From assembly GCA_002104945.1 (NCBI GenBank), contig MCFH01000010.1, positions 372,001 through 436,000 of the forward strand: a DNA stretch of 64,000 nucleotides, given 5' to 3'. The position numbers and the translations under genes are program-made. The DNA comes from Piromyces finnis finn (Eukaryota; Fungi; Neocallimastigomycota). This document shows, piece after piece, positions 44,595-59,575 of this stretch; within the stretch, counting starts at the first letter, position 1, and each line of letters starts with the position of its first letter. The notes under the pieces were generated by a model. It was given only the letters and a program-made list of their open reading frames with translations, was not told the origin of the DNA and did not search any database.

Positions 44595-47418
44595 TTTGTT
44601 ATTCTTTCTTTTATTATTTTTTTTATTATATTAATTTATTGGTTTTTTTATTTGTTTTTTAAAATTTATTATTGACTATAAAGAGAAATTTTATTTTAGT
44701 TTATTATTTTTATATTTCTAATATAGATAATTTATTTTCTTTTAAAATAACTATAACAATAATAAAAGTTTAAATATATCGAATATTTAAAAAAGAGTTT
44801 TTTATTATTATTATAATTATTATTGTTTAATATGATGTTTTTTTTTTATTATTTGCTTTTTTTGTATAATTATAATAAAAAAAGATAAAAATTAGTTTTA
44901 AATTGTTTACCAATCTTTAATCTTTTTATTTAGAAATATAAATAAATAACAAAAGATGTTCCTATTAATTTATACTTACTGTTTAAAAACTTTCCTTTAT
45001 AATTTTCTTTTTATATTTTTTATTTCTTTATTATATAACTATTTTTTTTTAATTAATATAGTAAAATAAAAATAAATAAAAGAAATAGAAAATTTTTTAA
45101 AACAAAAAAAGTTTTTTTTTTAAAAGTATTTTATTTTATATTTATAGTCGAATAAAAAAAAAAAAATAGAATTAATAATCAAAGTTTTTTTTTTATAATT
45201 TTTATTATTTAAATATAAATAGTAAATATTTAATATAATTAAGGATGATAAAATTAAATCATAAATCAATAGAAATATATAATTAATATGAATTATAATA
45301 ATAATAATAATAATAATAATTAATTTCTCTTATTAAGCCTTCTTTTTTTTTTTTTTCATTACCACCACCACACCATGAATAATATATATTATTTAACTTT
45401 AATAAATATATTATTAGAATTTATTTAATTTATTAATTATTCATTATATTGTTTATAACAAATTTATTTAAAATTATAATAATTCATTTATCTATTTAAT
45501 GTGAATTTATTATAATTCCTATTAATTTACAGTTCGTTTTCCATTTCATCCTATAAAATAATGCGATTTATTATTATTCTAAACAGTTAGAATTAATAAT
45601 ATAATAAGAATAGTATTTATTATATTTATTTGAATTAATGTTTAATATAAATTAATATACTAATTAATATATTTTTATTTATTTGTGTAATTCATGATCT
45701 TTCATATTAATAGCTATTAACATTATACTACTTTTGAAAAAACTTTGTTATTAAATAATATATTGTAATATACAATATTAATGAAATATATTTTAATATA
45801 TGCTAATATTATATTTACTAAATAAAATTAATATAAATGACTAAAATGGTTTAATACAGATTTAATATAAATTAAAAAGTCATTTAATATATTAAATTCA
45901 TTAAAATATCATATATTACTTGATAATTTATTTTAATTAAATTATTTATTTATAGCAAATAAAAATGTAATACAAATAACAATTTTGTCCAATGAAATAT
46001 CTATATACTACATAATGTATGTTGATTATTTTTAATTAATTAAAAAGATGAATGATTAAAGAGAAAAAAATAAAACTTTTGCATTTTATAATCTAATAAA
46101 ATAATAATGATGCTATTTATATCTTAATTTACAACTTTTAATATAACCATTTATTTGTTTAATTAAGTCATAAATACATTTGAAAAAAGAAAATTGTTTA
46201 ACGTTATTTTAAATATTTTTTTTTTTAACAAGCCTTTTATTGATATATATGAATTATTTATTAATATGTTTCATATTTCCTCAATATTATGGTAATATTT
46301 ATGGTATGTATCAATCAACGATAGAATATTTATATAATCCTAATTATTCAAAATATTTATTGTTCATTTTAACATTATATATTATTATAATATTTAAATA
46401 ATAAGCGCTACTTTTTCAAAGTTTTTTTTTAAATAAAAAAAAGGTATTTTCATTGTGGACTTTTTTTATTATGATAGAGTTTTAAGCATTTATAATATTG
46501 AAACATCATTTTTTATATATTATTTTTTTTATATATTATTATACTTGTTGAGTTACCATTTCTATGATATACAAGATTCAAATGATACATTCATGGAGGA
46601 TAACCAAACCTTAATTAATATAATTCATTTTAATATTAATTAATTAAATTATTTACATGAAATGTATTATATAATATATTTAAAATTTCAATGAATTATA
46701 ATTTAACAACATCATATTTAATTATATGAATAAGGAAATATTAAATTAATTTCTTGTATTACACTAAATTTAATATAGATTAAAAATGTTTTTTTTTTTT
46801 ATTTATTAAAAAGGAAAATATATTAAATAAAGTTTAAAAACGAATAATACAATAATTGATTTACAACCACCGACACATATTATGGTTTAAACAATACATC
46901 TATGAAAAATAACCAAAGAAAATAAAAAATTTTACCCCTAATCATAATTATTTTTATATGATAAGAACTTAAAAACAACATTTTAATTCTAATTGTTTTA
47001 ATTTCAATATTTATCAATTCTATAAATCTTTATATTCAATTAATAGCTTTTAGAATTAAACAAAAATATTTGAATTGAAATTAAAAAGTCTAATGAAAAA
47101 AAACAATATTCGGATTAAAAATTGAAGAGTTTAACCATTTAAATATAGAAATAAAACAATTACTATTTATATAAATGTTAATAATATAGAATTGCGAAAA
47201 AAGAAAAATAATAAGATAACCAGGATGATGAATATGTTGATTTTTCATTATAATTTTTATTTCCATATATTGATTTTTTTTTATTTTTATTTTTTTTTTT
47301 TATTTTGGGGTTCTTCTATAATTAAAAATACCTGGAATATTCCTGTCGTTATGAAAAATAATTTTGATAAAATAATATTAGTCAGACTATTTATAATAAT
47401 ATGTTATATTTCTTATTT

Positions 47419-50400
47419 TTACCATTTAAATTCTTTTTGGGATATATTATTATTTTGTTGGTTTAAAGCCCATAATCTTGCATCTAGAAACAAATTTCTA
47501 ACCGCCATTAATCGGTATTTTCGTAGTTTTTGCTTTTCTTGAGTTGCATTATCAGAATTAGTAAATTTGGTTTTGGGTAATGAAGCTAATTCATTATGCT
47601 TATTTGAAAGATGACAAGTAATATAGGATGGAAGACAATTATCATCATCCATTTCCTTAGTTAATCCATATATTATTTTATAGTAGTAAAGAGCTTCTTC
47701 CTTATTATCATCATGAATAAATGAATCAGAACAACAAGTACAAGTCCATAAATGAATATCGTTATTATTTTTTCTTGTCATGTCTGTATTGATCGGGATT
47801 AATTCATAACTCTTTTTTTTGTTTATTAATTGTGTTAATGATGAATCTGAATTTACTTTCTCATTTTCAATAGAAATGTTAATTTTATTCTTTCTATTTT
47901 TTGTATTGTTATTGTCATTATTATTTTCACTATTACTTAATTGCTGATTATAATATTGAATTTTATTATTAAGGATATTTTTTTTCAGTATTAAGCTACA
48001 TATTACTTTTTTAATTATATCATTTTCTATATTAAGATAAACTAAGAAATCTTTTATAGTTTTTATTATTGTCATGTTTCTTTTTGAAATATTAAGACAA
48101 TCATATGTATTTATAAGTCGATTATATTGAGAATAGTAATAATTATTAATTACATTTATTGTATTAATCTTTTGGAAACATTTTTGTTCTTTGGTATAAT
48201 GATAAGGTTTTTTTCTAATGATGATAGTATATCTTTTTATTTTATATTTATTTTCAACCTTTTTGAGCAGAAAGGATTTAAAGGAAGAATTGCTATTTTT
48301 TTTGAAGCTAAATGGGTTTATAGGGGAAGGTGGAATAAGATGATTGTTATAATGCTTTTTTTTATTAGATATAGGTTTAGTGAATTTAAATGTGTTATTA
48401 TTGTTAGTAGTGTTACTGGCATTACTACTACAAAAACTTTTACTTGTTATTTGAGTTTTGGAACTTGGTGATTTTAAATTATGGGATGCTTTTGAATTAT
48501 TACTATTTACTTTCAAAGATATTCCCAGATAACTTGGACTAGTGGATATATAGGAATTTGATGCTTTTCTACCTTCATAATATGATTTTAAACTATAATG
48601 AGATGTAGAGTTTAAATAGTTTCTTTCGTTGATGAGAGAATTATAATTCATCTGATTTCTGAAACGAAGAACATCCAAATTTGTTTGTGAGTTACGACGT
48701 TTCCTATATTGATTATAGGTACTTGAAATAGTTGAACTTGATGGGGATATGGATGTTGGACTATTGTGACTGTTAAGATATGAAATGATAGGTGCTGATG
48801 TAGACGTTTCTTGGCACCGATTGGGTTGAAGATATGAGGATGATGATGGTGAAAAATAAGAAGGTGAAAAAGATAAATGATTAGGTGCGGCAACCTTATG
48901 AGATACCTCTTCTTCAATAATTATACTATTAATCATAGTATGTTTACGTTCATTAGGTGATGGTGAATGGATATAATTTCGATCAGATATATTTTGATGA
49001 TGATATGAATTAAACGAATTAAATGATCGACTATATTGATTATTATGGGTATGAAGGAAATTATTTGGAAATGAAAAGTATTTATTATTATCATTGGCAG
49101 AATTTATTTCTTTTACATCAGCAGTATTCATATCTAATGAAAATATTAAAGGACTTGTTAGGGAATTATTATTATCATTAATATCATGAGGTATTGTTAC
49201 TTCAGTATTTAATGATAAGGGTATATTTTTCCTCTTAGATGAAGAATCTAACGACATTGAAAATATTAAATCCTTATCCTTTTCATTTTTTGAAATATTA
49301 ATTTTGATACTTTTTACTTCTTTATCTACAGACCTTGATGTTGATTTCGAATTATTATTTGTATTGTTATTGTTAAATTGTTTGGATTCTATTAAAACTA
49401 TATTATTATTTAATGCTTCAGATACATTATTCGAAAGCTCCTGTTTTATACTATTTGTGTTAATATGGGAATGACGATAGGATAAACTGTTTTTTCGTAA
49501 GTCATTATGTTGTGGTGATGTTAATGAAAAATCTTTTACATTTTCAAAATCATTTTTTATTGAATAGTTAGTAATTGTTTTTGAATAATTATTACTTTTA
49601 TTCGATATTGGTAGTGAATGTTTACTTATATCACTAAATTGATTTGATGTCGACGATTTAACAGAAAAATTATCGATAAAAGAAAAATCACCAATATTAC
49701 TATCAGTGTTACTAATAGAGTAGATAGAATTCTCATCTCCTTTTTCTTTACTATTTCTTTCTAAATTTTCTTCATAATCACTCAAAATAAAAGAATTAGT
49801 AACAGGTACATATGAGCCATTTTCAATTGATTTTATTGATATATTATCATCTTTGAAGTTTGTTTGTGGAGAGGGATTTAATGATGGTGAAATGCATGTC
49901 CAATCACCATTATTATTGTTATTATTTGAATTTGAATTTGAAAGAAATTGCTCTTTTGGTGATGCTGATGATAACAATAGTGGGTTTTCAGTATTTTTTG
50001 GGGAATTTGAAGATAAAAGAGAAAGGGATGATTTGAGAGTTTTAGTAATATTAAAATTGGGTAGTTTTGAAATTAAATTTGATGCTTGATCCTGGGTATC
50101 ATTTATATCATTAATTTCATTTATTGTTTGATTATTATTGGTAGTATGATTTTTTTCATCGCTCTTGTCTATTTTTTCATCATTTTTTTTATTTGAACAT
50201 GGAATATTATCATTCATTTCAAAACTAGATAAATAAGATGATGAAAATTCGTGACTTATAATAAAATATAGAAAATAAAAACAAAAATCAAAAACAACTT
50301 CGTCTCTTGTCATACGATCTGATAGTAAATGACTTTTTATTATAAAAATGATAAAATATTATAATAAAATTTATTAATTCCATATAAACGTACTAAACAT

Positions 50401-53400
50401 TAATTTTTTCTTTTTAATAAAGTATTTCATTACCAAAATGAAAACCAATCGTATCCGATAGTTAAATATAATATTTCTTCAGGATTTAATGAAGTATGTA
50501 TCTATATAGGCATGATTTAATTATAATATATAATTAGAAACGGTTATATTTTGATTTTACAATTTTTAAAAAATTTATAATAGTCTTTACTTCTCCATCC
50601 GCCCATAGTGAAAGCCTTAATAAAGAAATGAATAGTGGAGTCCTGTCCCAACCTGAGATACAATGTACTAATAATCCAGAATCCAATCCAATATCAAATG
50701 ATTTTTGTTGTAAAAGATTGACAAACAATTTCATATAATTTTGAGTTAATGTTACTAAATAAATTTTATTAGTAGTTATTCATGATGATTAAATATAAAT
50801 TGGTAAGAATAAATATATATATATATTTGTTATTGTTATTTTAAATAATTTTGTATAAACGTATAAACAACATACTAAAATCCCATGATCTATATTGATT
50901 CCAATTAATATTTAGATAATTATGATCATATAATGGAAAATTTAATTCACTATTAATAAAATTTAAATTCCAATCAACTTCTAGTTTCCTTGCTATATAT
51001 TATTTTTGGTATATAATAGTTAACAAAGATAATGCAACAGATATATTTTTAAATTTCATTTTTATTTATCCTTAATTATATTTTACCACAATAATGATTT
51101 AATTTAAAATTTCTGAAATATTCTGATCCAGGATATGGTACTACAACAAGATGAATTCCAGATTGTTCATATTGACAGTGGGGTTCACATTTCTCAGATG
51201 ACGATACGGTAAGACCATATTTAATTTTTTTTGTTTCTACCATTAAATCAGATATATACTTAACATTTAATTTCCTTAATAATTCAATATCAAATTGTCT
51301 ATATTGAATAATAGATTTTCTAAAGGAAGTTTCAGAATTTGGATTATCACTTATTTTCATTATTTTTATAATTAAAAACAATAAATAACAATAATAAAAA
51401 TGAAAGGAAAAAAAAAAGTAAGAGATAACAATTACTATAATATTTGTATTTATATTTTTTTATTACTATTTTTTTTATAATAGAGTATATAAAAACACTT
51501 TATTTAAATATTTTTAATTATTTACTATACCTTGATATTCCATAAATCATTTCTTTAGTTTTAGAATTAAGGGTATTTAACAATATTTCTGGTTCAAGAC
51601 TTAAAGTTCCAGATCGACAAATGTTTTTATTTTTATATAAAATTACAGGTATAACGAAACGTGATCTAACTCTTGATAATTTTGATTTCATAAAGTATTT
51701 TTTTAATTTTTCAGTATCATTAACTTTAAATATGTCGTTTTCGGGAGATACATTATTTATAACTGTATTTTTTTTTTCATAATAAGTAGGGGATTGAGAT
51801 GGTTTATCGTTTGAATTTTTAAGATTATTAGGCAATTCATCATCTAACGCATATTGCAGATCACTTATTAAATTATCAGAGTTAAAACTAGTTTTATCAT
51901 TTTCATTCTTAATAATTATTTTATTATCATTTTTGTTATTATTATTGTCATCATTAATATGATCATTGCCTAATTCATCGCTATTTGTTGAAAGTTCCTT
52001 AAGATTATATTGATCCATTGTAGGAGTATATAAATTATAATCTAAAATCGTGTAAAAAGAATACATAATCATAATAGTATATAATTTATTTATTAATACT
52101 TTTTAAATTACAATAAATTTATATTAAGATTATTTAATATATATATATATACCTAATAGTGCTTTAAGCGATTTATCTTTGTTGGTATCATATTTAATCA
52201 TAGAATCATTTTTTGGTAAAGAAAATGAAAAATTATTGTTAATTGTAGATTTAAATTCTGCATCCCCATAATTCTGAATAGAAAGATTTGTTAAACTATT
52301 TTTAATTTGAGTTAATGACCAATCGGAGAAATCATAATCATTAGTTGAAGATTTAACATCAATGGGTAATGAATTGTTAAAATTACTTAGACCTAAAGGG
52401 TTTGTTGAATTTTGTGAAATAGAGTGTTCATTATCAATGATATCATTATTTTCATTAATAATAGATTCCAATATAATATCATTTTCTTTTTTTATGGTGG
52501 GATAAGATTGATTTTGATGATGCTCAGTAGTAGTAGATAATGGATTACTTTGATCTCCTTCATGAATGGTTGCATTATTGGAAGAAAAATATTCTACATC
52601 ATCCATTACAAAAGGCATATCATCATTGTATGAAGCGTCAAAATTACTTTTACTAATATGATAATGAGAATATAATGGACTATAATTATTATTTTCATCC
52701 ATTTTCTCTTCTACTTGAAAATTTGAATTTAGGGAATTTACTAATGATCCAGATTGTGTATCTAATACCGAAAATTTATTTTTACTTAAGGGTATAGTGG
52801 TATTTAGTTTTTTTGTTATGTTCTTTTGTTTTGGATGATGGTGATCATTTTGCTGTATTTGCATCTTGACAAAAGAGTTTGGTGAACCTAAATTAATATG
52901 AGAGTCATGATCAATTTTTGGAGATTCTACTGCACCATAGGATATCAATGAAAAAGAATACGAATTATTATCATCAACAACTTCATTCACTTTATCATAG
53001 CTAATATTATCAAAACTAATATTACAATTGTTTTCTTCTTTATGAATATAATTAACTATATTATCATTATTTTTTATATTATCATTAGTCTTTATAACCT
53101 CATCGATTTTCCATGTCATATTTTTACTAGATGAATTTATATTTGATTGAAAAGGAAATGATGGTGGTAATTGTGATGCATAATTGTTTATTGTTGGATT
53201 AAAAGAAGTAACAAATGTATTTTTAGCATTTGAATTTTCTTTCTCCTCCAAAAAGCTATTCTTTTGAATTTTTTTTGGTGAATGTAAACCCTCATTGTTA
53301 ATAATATGCTCGTATTCTTCTTCTTCTTTTTCTTCATTACTATTTTTTCGTTTCATTCTATTTACTGATAATTTAGTAATATCTTCCATCTTATTACCAT

Positions 53401-53996
53401 TTTTATCAACATTTTTACTCGCATCTTTAAAAATTTTTTTTCTGATATCTTCCAACTTTATTATTCCATTTTTTTTCTTGTCCTTTTCCTTTTTTTCATT
53501 TTCTAATATAACAATTTTTTCTGGGTAAGTATCACAATATTCTCCTTGTTTATTCGATATAATTCCAATTTGATAATCTTTTTTAAATAATTCAATACAC
53601 GTTTCTTGTATTAAAGAGGTCTTAATATTAATACCATTTATGTTAATTACCAACCAAAATGAAGTTATATCATGATATATAATATATTATCGTAAGAAGA
53701 AGAGATAGAAAGAAAGGATGAATAATGAATAATAATATATAAAAGATAAAAAAAAAAAAAAAAATTATTTAATTGTTTTATTAATATTATTCTTTATTTT
53801 TTAACGAAAGAATGTATTTATTTTGAATTATAACTGTTAATTAATATTTTTATAAATATTATTTATTATTAATATTAATATTTACATATTTTTCTTTTTC
53901 CAAATTTTTATTTAAAATGCTTCTTCCATTTCTATCAGATATTGAATAAAAATATAATAATTCTTTTAGATTTTCTAAATTCACCACACTTTCCAT
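47419..53996 (-). CDS. MTMR14: Myotubularin-related protein 14 (Jumpy/EDTP) phosphoinositide phosphatase with large low-complexity insertions
   Basis: Catalytic LLVHCISGWDRTPLFISLLRLSLWADG. Also CIELFKKDY...YPEKIVILE, RSRFVIPVIL..KNICRSGTLS, LMVETKKIKYGLTVSSSEK and IHTSLNPEEILYLTIGYDW. Introns are in phase; first exon 53996-53886. Confidence 0.92.
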
Positions 53997-54788
53997 TTAA
54001 TACTGCTATTTTTACTTTTTTATTTTCAATAACAATATTTCTATCTTTTATTATTTTTTTTTTTTCAATATGTATCTCCTTCCTTTTTATTATTATTATT
54101 ATTATTATTATTTTATTGATACTTTTTTTTTTTATTTATTATACTCCTGCTATTTCTATCTCATTATTTAAACATGAAATATTTTGTTATTGAAATCATT
54201 AATAATAATTTGAAATAATAAAAACAATATTTATTATTATTATTAAAGAAATACTAAATTATAATTGATTGTTTTTATTACTATTATGGTTAACTTTTAA
54301 AAATAATTTTATAATATTCCTTTTATTAAAATTTAAAAAATAAAATTATTTTCATTTATATATTAAAATAAAGTTTCTGATTTATTAAAATTATAGTAAC
54401 CTATAAAAATAATAAAAATAAAAAATATCCAATTTTAATAAACATTTTTTTTTTAAAAAAAATAAAGAGAACATTTGAAATTTTAATTCTTTGTTTAAAG
54501 GTTTTCTATTATTAATAATATTATTTTATTTTATTTATTATATTTATTGTATATTATTTTTATTTTTATTCTTATTTTTTTCCTATGCGGTTTTATTATT
54601 TATTTTATATTTAAATTTTATTTTTATTTTTTATTTTTTATTTTTTTTATTTTTACTTTTGTTTTACTTTTGTTTTATTGTGTATAAATTAAACATTTTG
54701 TATTGTATTATAAATTTAAATTAAATTAAATATAATGTATAAATTTGTGATTTAACAAAATTAAAATTATAATTTAAATTTGTTGGAT

Positions 54789-54819
<31 letters not shown>

Positions 54820-54843
54820 TTCTTTAAAATTCATATTAAAACT

Positions 54844-55427
54844 CTATTTTGTTTTCTTTTCTTCGGTTTCTTCTTCTTCTTCTTCTTCTTCTTCTTCATT
54901 TTCCTTTTCGGCATCTCTAATAGCCTTTTCATTGTTCCATTCATATAACCACCTTTAAAATTATATAAATTTATTATATTATATGTAGAATAATTATTTC
55001 AAATTATATTATACAAATACAATTAACATTAAATTATTAATATATGCCGAAATAAAAAAGATTTAAAAATAAAAAGTCCATTAATTTTTGATATTTACCA
55101 TTCTAAGGTGACACAAAGAGCAATAGAAATTATTAAAAGCATAATAATATGAATGTTAAAGTGAGTAACAAATAAAAGTCCAATTAAAGATAAAAACAAA
55201 CAGACAAAAGTTATACGAATTAAGAGATGAATATTGTCATCAATTCCTTCATGGAAAATAGTGTAAACGATAGATTCGAGCATTGTACGTTTAACTTCTT
55301 CAACAATTTCTTCTTCTTCTTCTTCTTCTTCTTCTTTTTTTACTTCATCAACTTTATCTTTGATTTCATCTTTAACTTCAACATCTTTATTAGTTTCTTC
55401 AATTTTTTGTTGTTCTAAGTCAGTCAT
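54844..55427 (-). CDS. PKR1: V-ATPase assembly factor Pkr1-like ER membrane protein
   Basis: Two exons. SIVYTIFHEG followed by two TM segments (...FVCLFLSLIGLLFVTHFNIHIIMLLIISIALCVTLEWW) and an acidic tail, matching the Pkr1 pattern (SIFTPG...SIHF...INWF). Confidence 0.7.
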
Positions 55428-57011
55428 TTTTATTCTTTTTTTTTAATATCGAAAATTTATTATATGAAATTCATGAATTATTATTATTTTTTTATTATAT
55501 TATGAATATTGAATAATATAGTTTTTGTATTTTATTTTTTTTTTAAAAAAAAATAAGTAATAAATTAGTTTCCTTTTTCAAATAATTGTATATTCATTTC
55601 TTAACAATACAAATTTAAAAAAAAAAAAGATTATAATGAATCATAGTTTTTTTTTTTTTTCAGTTATAATTTATATATAATTAAGTATTATATAATTGAG
55701 AATATAATGGGCATACTATGTTGTTTTATTTAAAATATTTAAATAATATTGACTATTTATATATTTAAATTAAACATTAAATACTTACATGTTATTTATT
55801 TATTTATTATTATTTTTTTACTTTTTAAAAATTTTGAATTTAAAATTTAAATTTTATAAAAAGGTGTTTTTTTTTTTTTTGATTTTGATTTTTAAATCAA
55901 ATGATTATAATTAAAATTACAAGCCATAATAGAATTTTTATCTTTAATTTCTTTAATGTGGCGCATTATAATATTAAAAATGATGTCATAGTGGTATTAT
56001 TACATGTGAAAAACAATAACAAGAGGAACAGGAAAACAAAAAGGGGACAGTAAATTTATCGTTAGATCCTAAGCATATATTCTTTTTTCTTCTTATTTAC
56101 AATTATTATAATTGTATTATTAGAAGAAAATAAATAAATAAAAGATGTTATTAAACAATAGAATATATTCCTTTAATTATAGTAATTATAATATAATAAT
56201 ATCTTTACAAAGTCCAATATATTATAACAATGATAGTACTTTTTACTAATTATTAATAAAAGATGAAATATTTAATGAGTTAAAAAGATATAAATTTTAA
56301 AAGAATGAATTGATGAAAATGAATTAGGTCTTTTATAAAAAAATTAATCGAATAACTATTAATAGATAGAAATAGTAAAATAATAAACATTCATTATTTT
56401 TAATGCAATTTCAATGTTTAATATACAACACTATATGCTACTACTACTGCTACTGCTGTTGTTACATAAAAATTTAAAGTTTTATTTAATAAATTGATAT
56501 ATGAAAAAAAAAAAAAAAAAAAAGGAATTTTGACCAATTTTTTAATTATAAAAATTTTAAAAAATATATAATAATATATATAGTAATATATTCTTCAATT
56601 AATTTTTATATATACTTTATTTTATTTGATGAATAATTATAGAAGAAATATTAAAAAAAAAAAAAGAAAAAGTATCCTTTTATTTAAAAAGTATCATTAT
56701 TATAAATTAAAAGGTATTTTAATTATAACGTATTATTATTTTTTTCTAGTATAATTACGATAATAAAAGAAAGAAAAAGTGTTAATAATGAAATTATATT
56801 TTCTTTTATTAATTGAAATTATTTTTTTTTTAAATATCTTATGTAATAAATTTTCCTCAAAAATCAATATATAATATTAAAATTTCAAATGAAATTTCAA
56901 ATGAAATTTCATTTATTTCATTTTAAAAATTTTATTTTCCAAAAAAAAAAAAAATAAATAAAATAAATAAAATAAAATAAAATAAAATAAAATAAACAAA
57001 ATGTTTGTAGA

Positions 57012-58900
57012 ATGAGTGATTCAAAAGGAAAAAATCCAGAGGATTCAGTTAATGAATCATTAACCCAAGAAGAATTTAATGAATTATATGGTGAAGATGA
57101 TAATGAAGAAGTATTTGTTGATATCAATGATTTAATTGAATCAGGAACAAAATTCTTTGCATTACAACAATATGATATGGCTATTGATCGTTATAGTAAT
57201 GCTCTAAACATATTGTAAATATATCAATATACTTTAATATATAAATAATGAAAAATCTTCAAATTTTAAATGAAATATTAATTTAATATTAATTTAAATT
57301 TACTGTTTTTCTTTCCTCTAATTTTATTTTATACTTCTTCTTCGTATTTTTTTTTTATTTATTTTCTACCAATTTAATTATTAAAAGAGTAAACCAATAT
57401 GGTGAATTTTCACCAAATTGTGCTCAAGTATATTATTTATATGGTCAAACACTTTTACAAAAAGCTATTCGTCAAAGTGATGTTTTTGGTGAAAAAATGG
57501 GAGAAAATGTTCAAGTTCAAGAAAAATCAAGTACATAGAAGCACAAATGAAATAATATAATTATCTTTATTATCATTTCAATAATTTCAATTTACTTTAA
57601 TTTTATATACTAATTCATTTAAATAATTTAAATGTTAAAATTGCAATAAATAAAAAAAAAAAAATTACTTATTTTTAAATAATAAAAGATGATATTATAC
57701 CAAAAAAATCAATGAATCGTTTTTCATTCCAAGGTGATGAAGAAGACGAAGAAGAAAATGAAGAACAAGAAGAAGACTTATTTGAATCAGCATGGCAAAT
57801 GTTAGATTTATGTCGTATTATTTACGAAAAAGATACTACAGTTGAAGGTCAAAAGAAATTAGGTGATGTCATTAAAACCCTTGGTGATGTTCATTTAGAA
57901 GATGGTAATATAAAAAATGAATTTTATGTGTTTAGATAAAAGTTTTTTAGTACATAAAATCATTGATTTTAAAATTATTCATATTTTCAAACTTTATATA
58001 TTAAGGTAACTATCTTGAAGCTGCGAAATATTATGAAGATGGACTTGAAATCTTAGAAAAAGTATTAGAACCAGACAATAGAACATTGGCTGAAGCATAT
58101 CCTTAATTATTATTATTATTATTATTATTATTATTGTTGTTGTTGTTGTTGTTGTTGTTAATGTTAATGTTATTTTATATAAAATTTTATTTTAAACTAA
58201 TTAAAAATTATAATTCCTTAATTCAATTTTTTTTTATTTAATATATTATTTATAAAAATTCAATATTTTTAATTTGATGTAAACACTCATTATAAATTAG
58301 CATTAGCATTAGAATGTAATGAAGAAGGTGAAAAAGCTGTTACTCATATCAAAAAGGCAATTTTAGTGTTTAAGAAAAAATTAGAGTCATTAGAAAAAAT
58401 GAATAGTGATAATGGTAAAGGTAAAAAAGCTGCCGACACAGAAACTATTAATGCTCAAGAAGAAATTGAAGGAATTAAAGAACTTTTAGTTGATATGAAG
58501 AAAAAGGTTTTTTTTTTTTTTTTTTTAAGAAAATATGAAATTTAATGAAATGAAATATATTATGGAATAATATGTTAATTTTTAATTTCATTTTATTTTA
58601 AAAAATAATGATAATGAATTACCCAATATTATAAAGTTGGCAGAATTAAAGGGAAGTTTGAAAAAGAATCTTGATGTAAAGCAAATGTTATCTAATTCAT
58701 TCAAGCAATCAACTAATGTTAATACTTCTCAACCTACTCAAATTAATGATTTATCTAGTTTAATTAAAAAGAGAAAAGTAGATGATACAAAAGAAAATAA
58801 GGAAAAATCTGATGATAAAAAAGAAGTAAAAGAACCAGAGGTAAAAAAAGTAAAAGTTAATGAGGAATCAAAAGAAGAAAAGGGAAAGGAAGCTCTATAA
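57012..58900 (+). CDS. NASP: H3-H4 histone chaperone NASP/Hif1/Sim3 (SHNi-TPR)
   Basis: TPR1 (GTKFFALQQYDMAIDRYSNAL), VYYLYGQTLL, acidic insert, DLFESAWQMLDLCR, LGDVHLED.NY, RTLAEAHYKLALALE and a C-terminal LIKKRK NLS. The model requires an AT-AC intron. Confidence 0.92.
58097..58286 (+). other. U12-type (minor spliceosome) AT-AC intron
   Basis: 5' splice site ATATCCTTAA at 58097, TTCCTTAAT at 58214-58222 and 3' AC at 58285-58286. Removal restores GCT|CAT = LAEAHYKL in frame. Confidence 0.88.
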
Positions 58901-59575
58901 AAAGAAACTAGATAATTTTATTTTTTTCTAAAACGAATTATTAAAATAATAATTCATTATTTGTATATTTTCTCTATTATAATAATTAATCATTAAAAGG
59001 ATAATATAAAAGAAAATAATCATAATTTTGTTGTTGTTTATTTTAATTATTATAATACATGTAATATACAAAAAAATCAAATATTTTTATTTTTATTAAT
59101 TCCTTTTATTTCATTATATAAACAAAAATTGTCATATTTTTTATTTTAATGTTGTTTTTCTTATTTTTTTTTTACTATAATAATAAATAGATTATTTATA
59201 ATATATTTTAATATTAATAATTAGTGATTAATTTATAAATATACATTTTTAAAATTTATTTTATATAATAAAGAGTAAAATAATTATCAAGAAAAAAAAA
59301 AAAAATTTTTTTTCCTATATATTATTATTTTATTTATTATTTTTAATTTATTAAAGAAAATAAAGGTATAAATAATAAATAATAATAGTATATATGCATC
59401 TATATATTTGTAATTTTGTTTATTTGCTTGTTTAATATTTATGAGAATAATTATTCTTAAATGTATAGTATTATAGAAACTTTTAAAATATAAAAAAGAA
59501 AATAAAGATAATTAAATTTAATTATAACAATATTTATTTTTATAATATTGCTTTTTTTTTTTTTTTTTTTTAATT

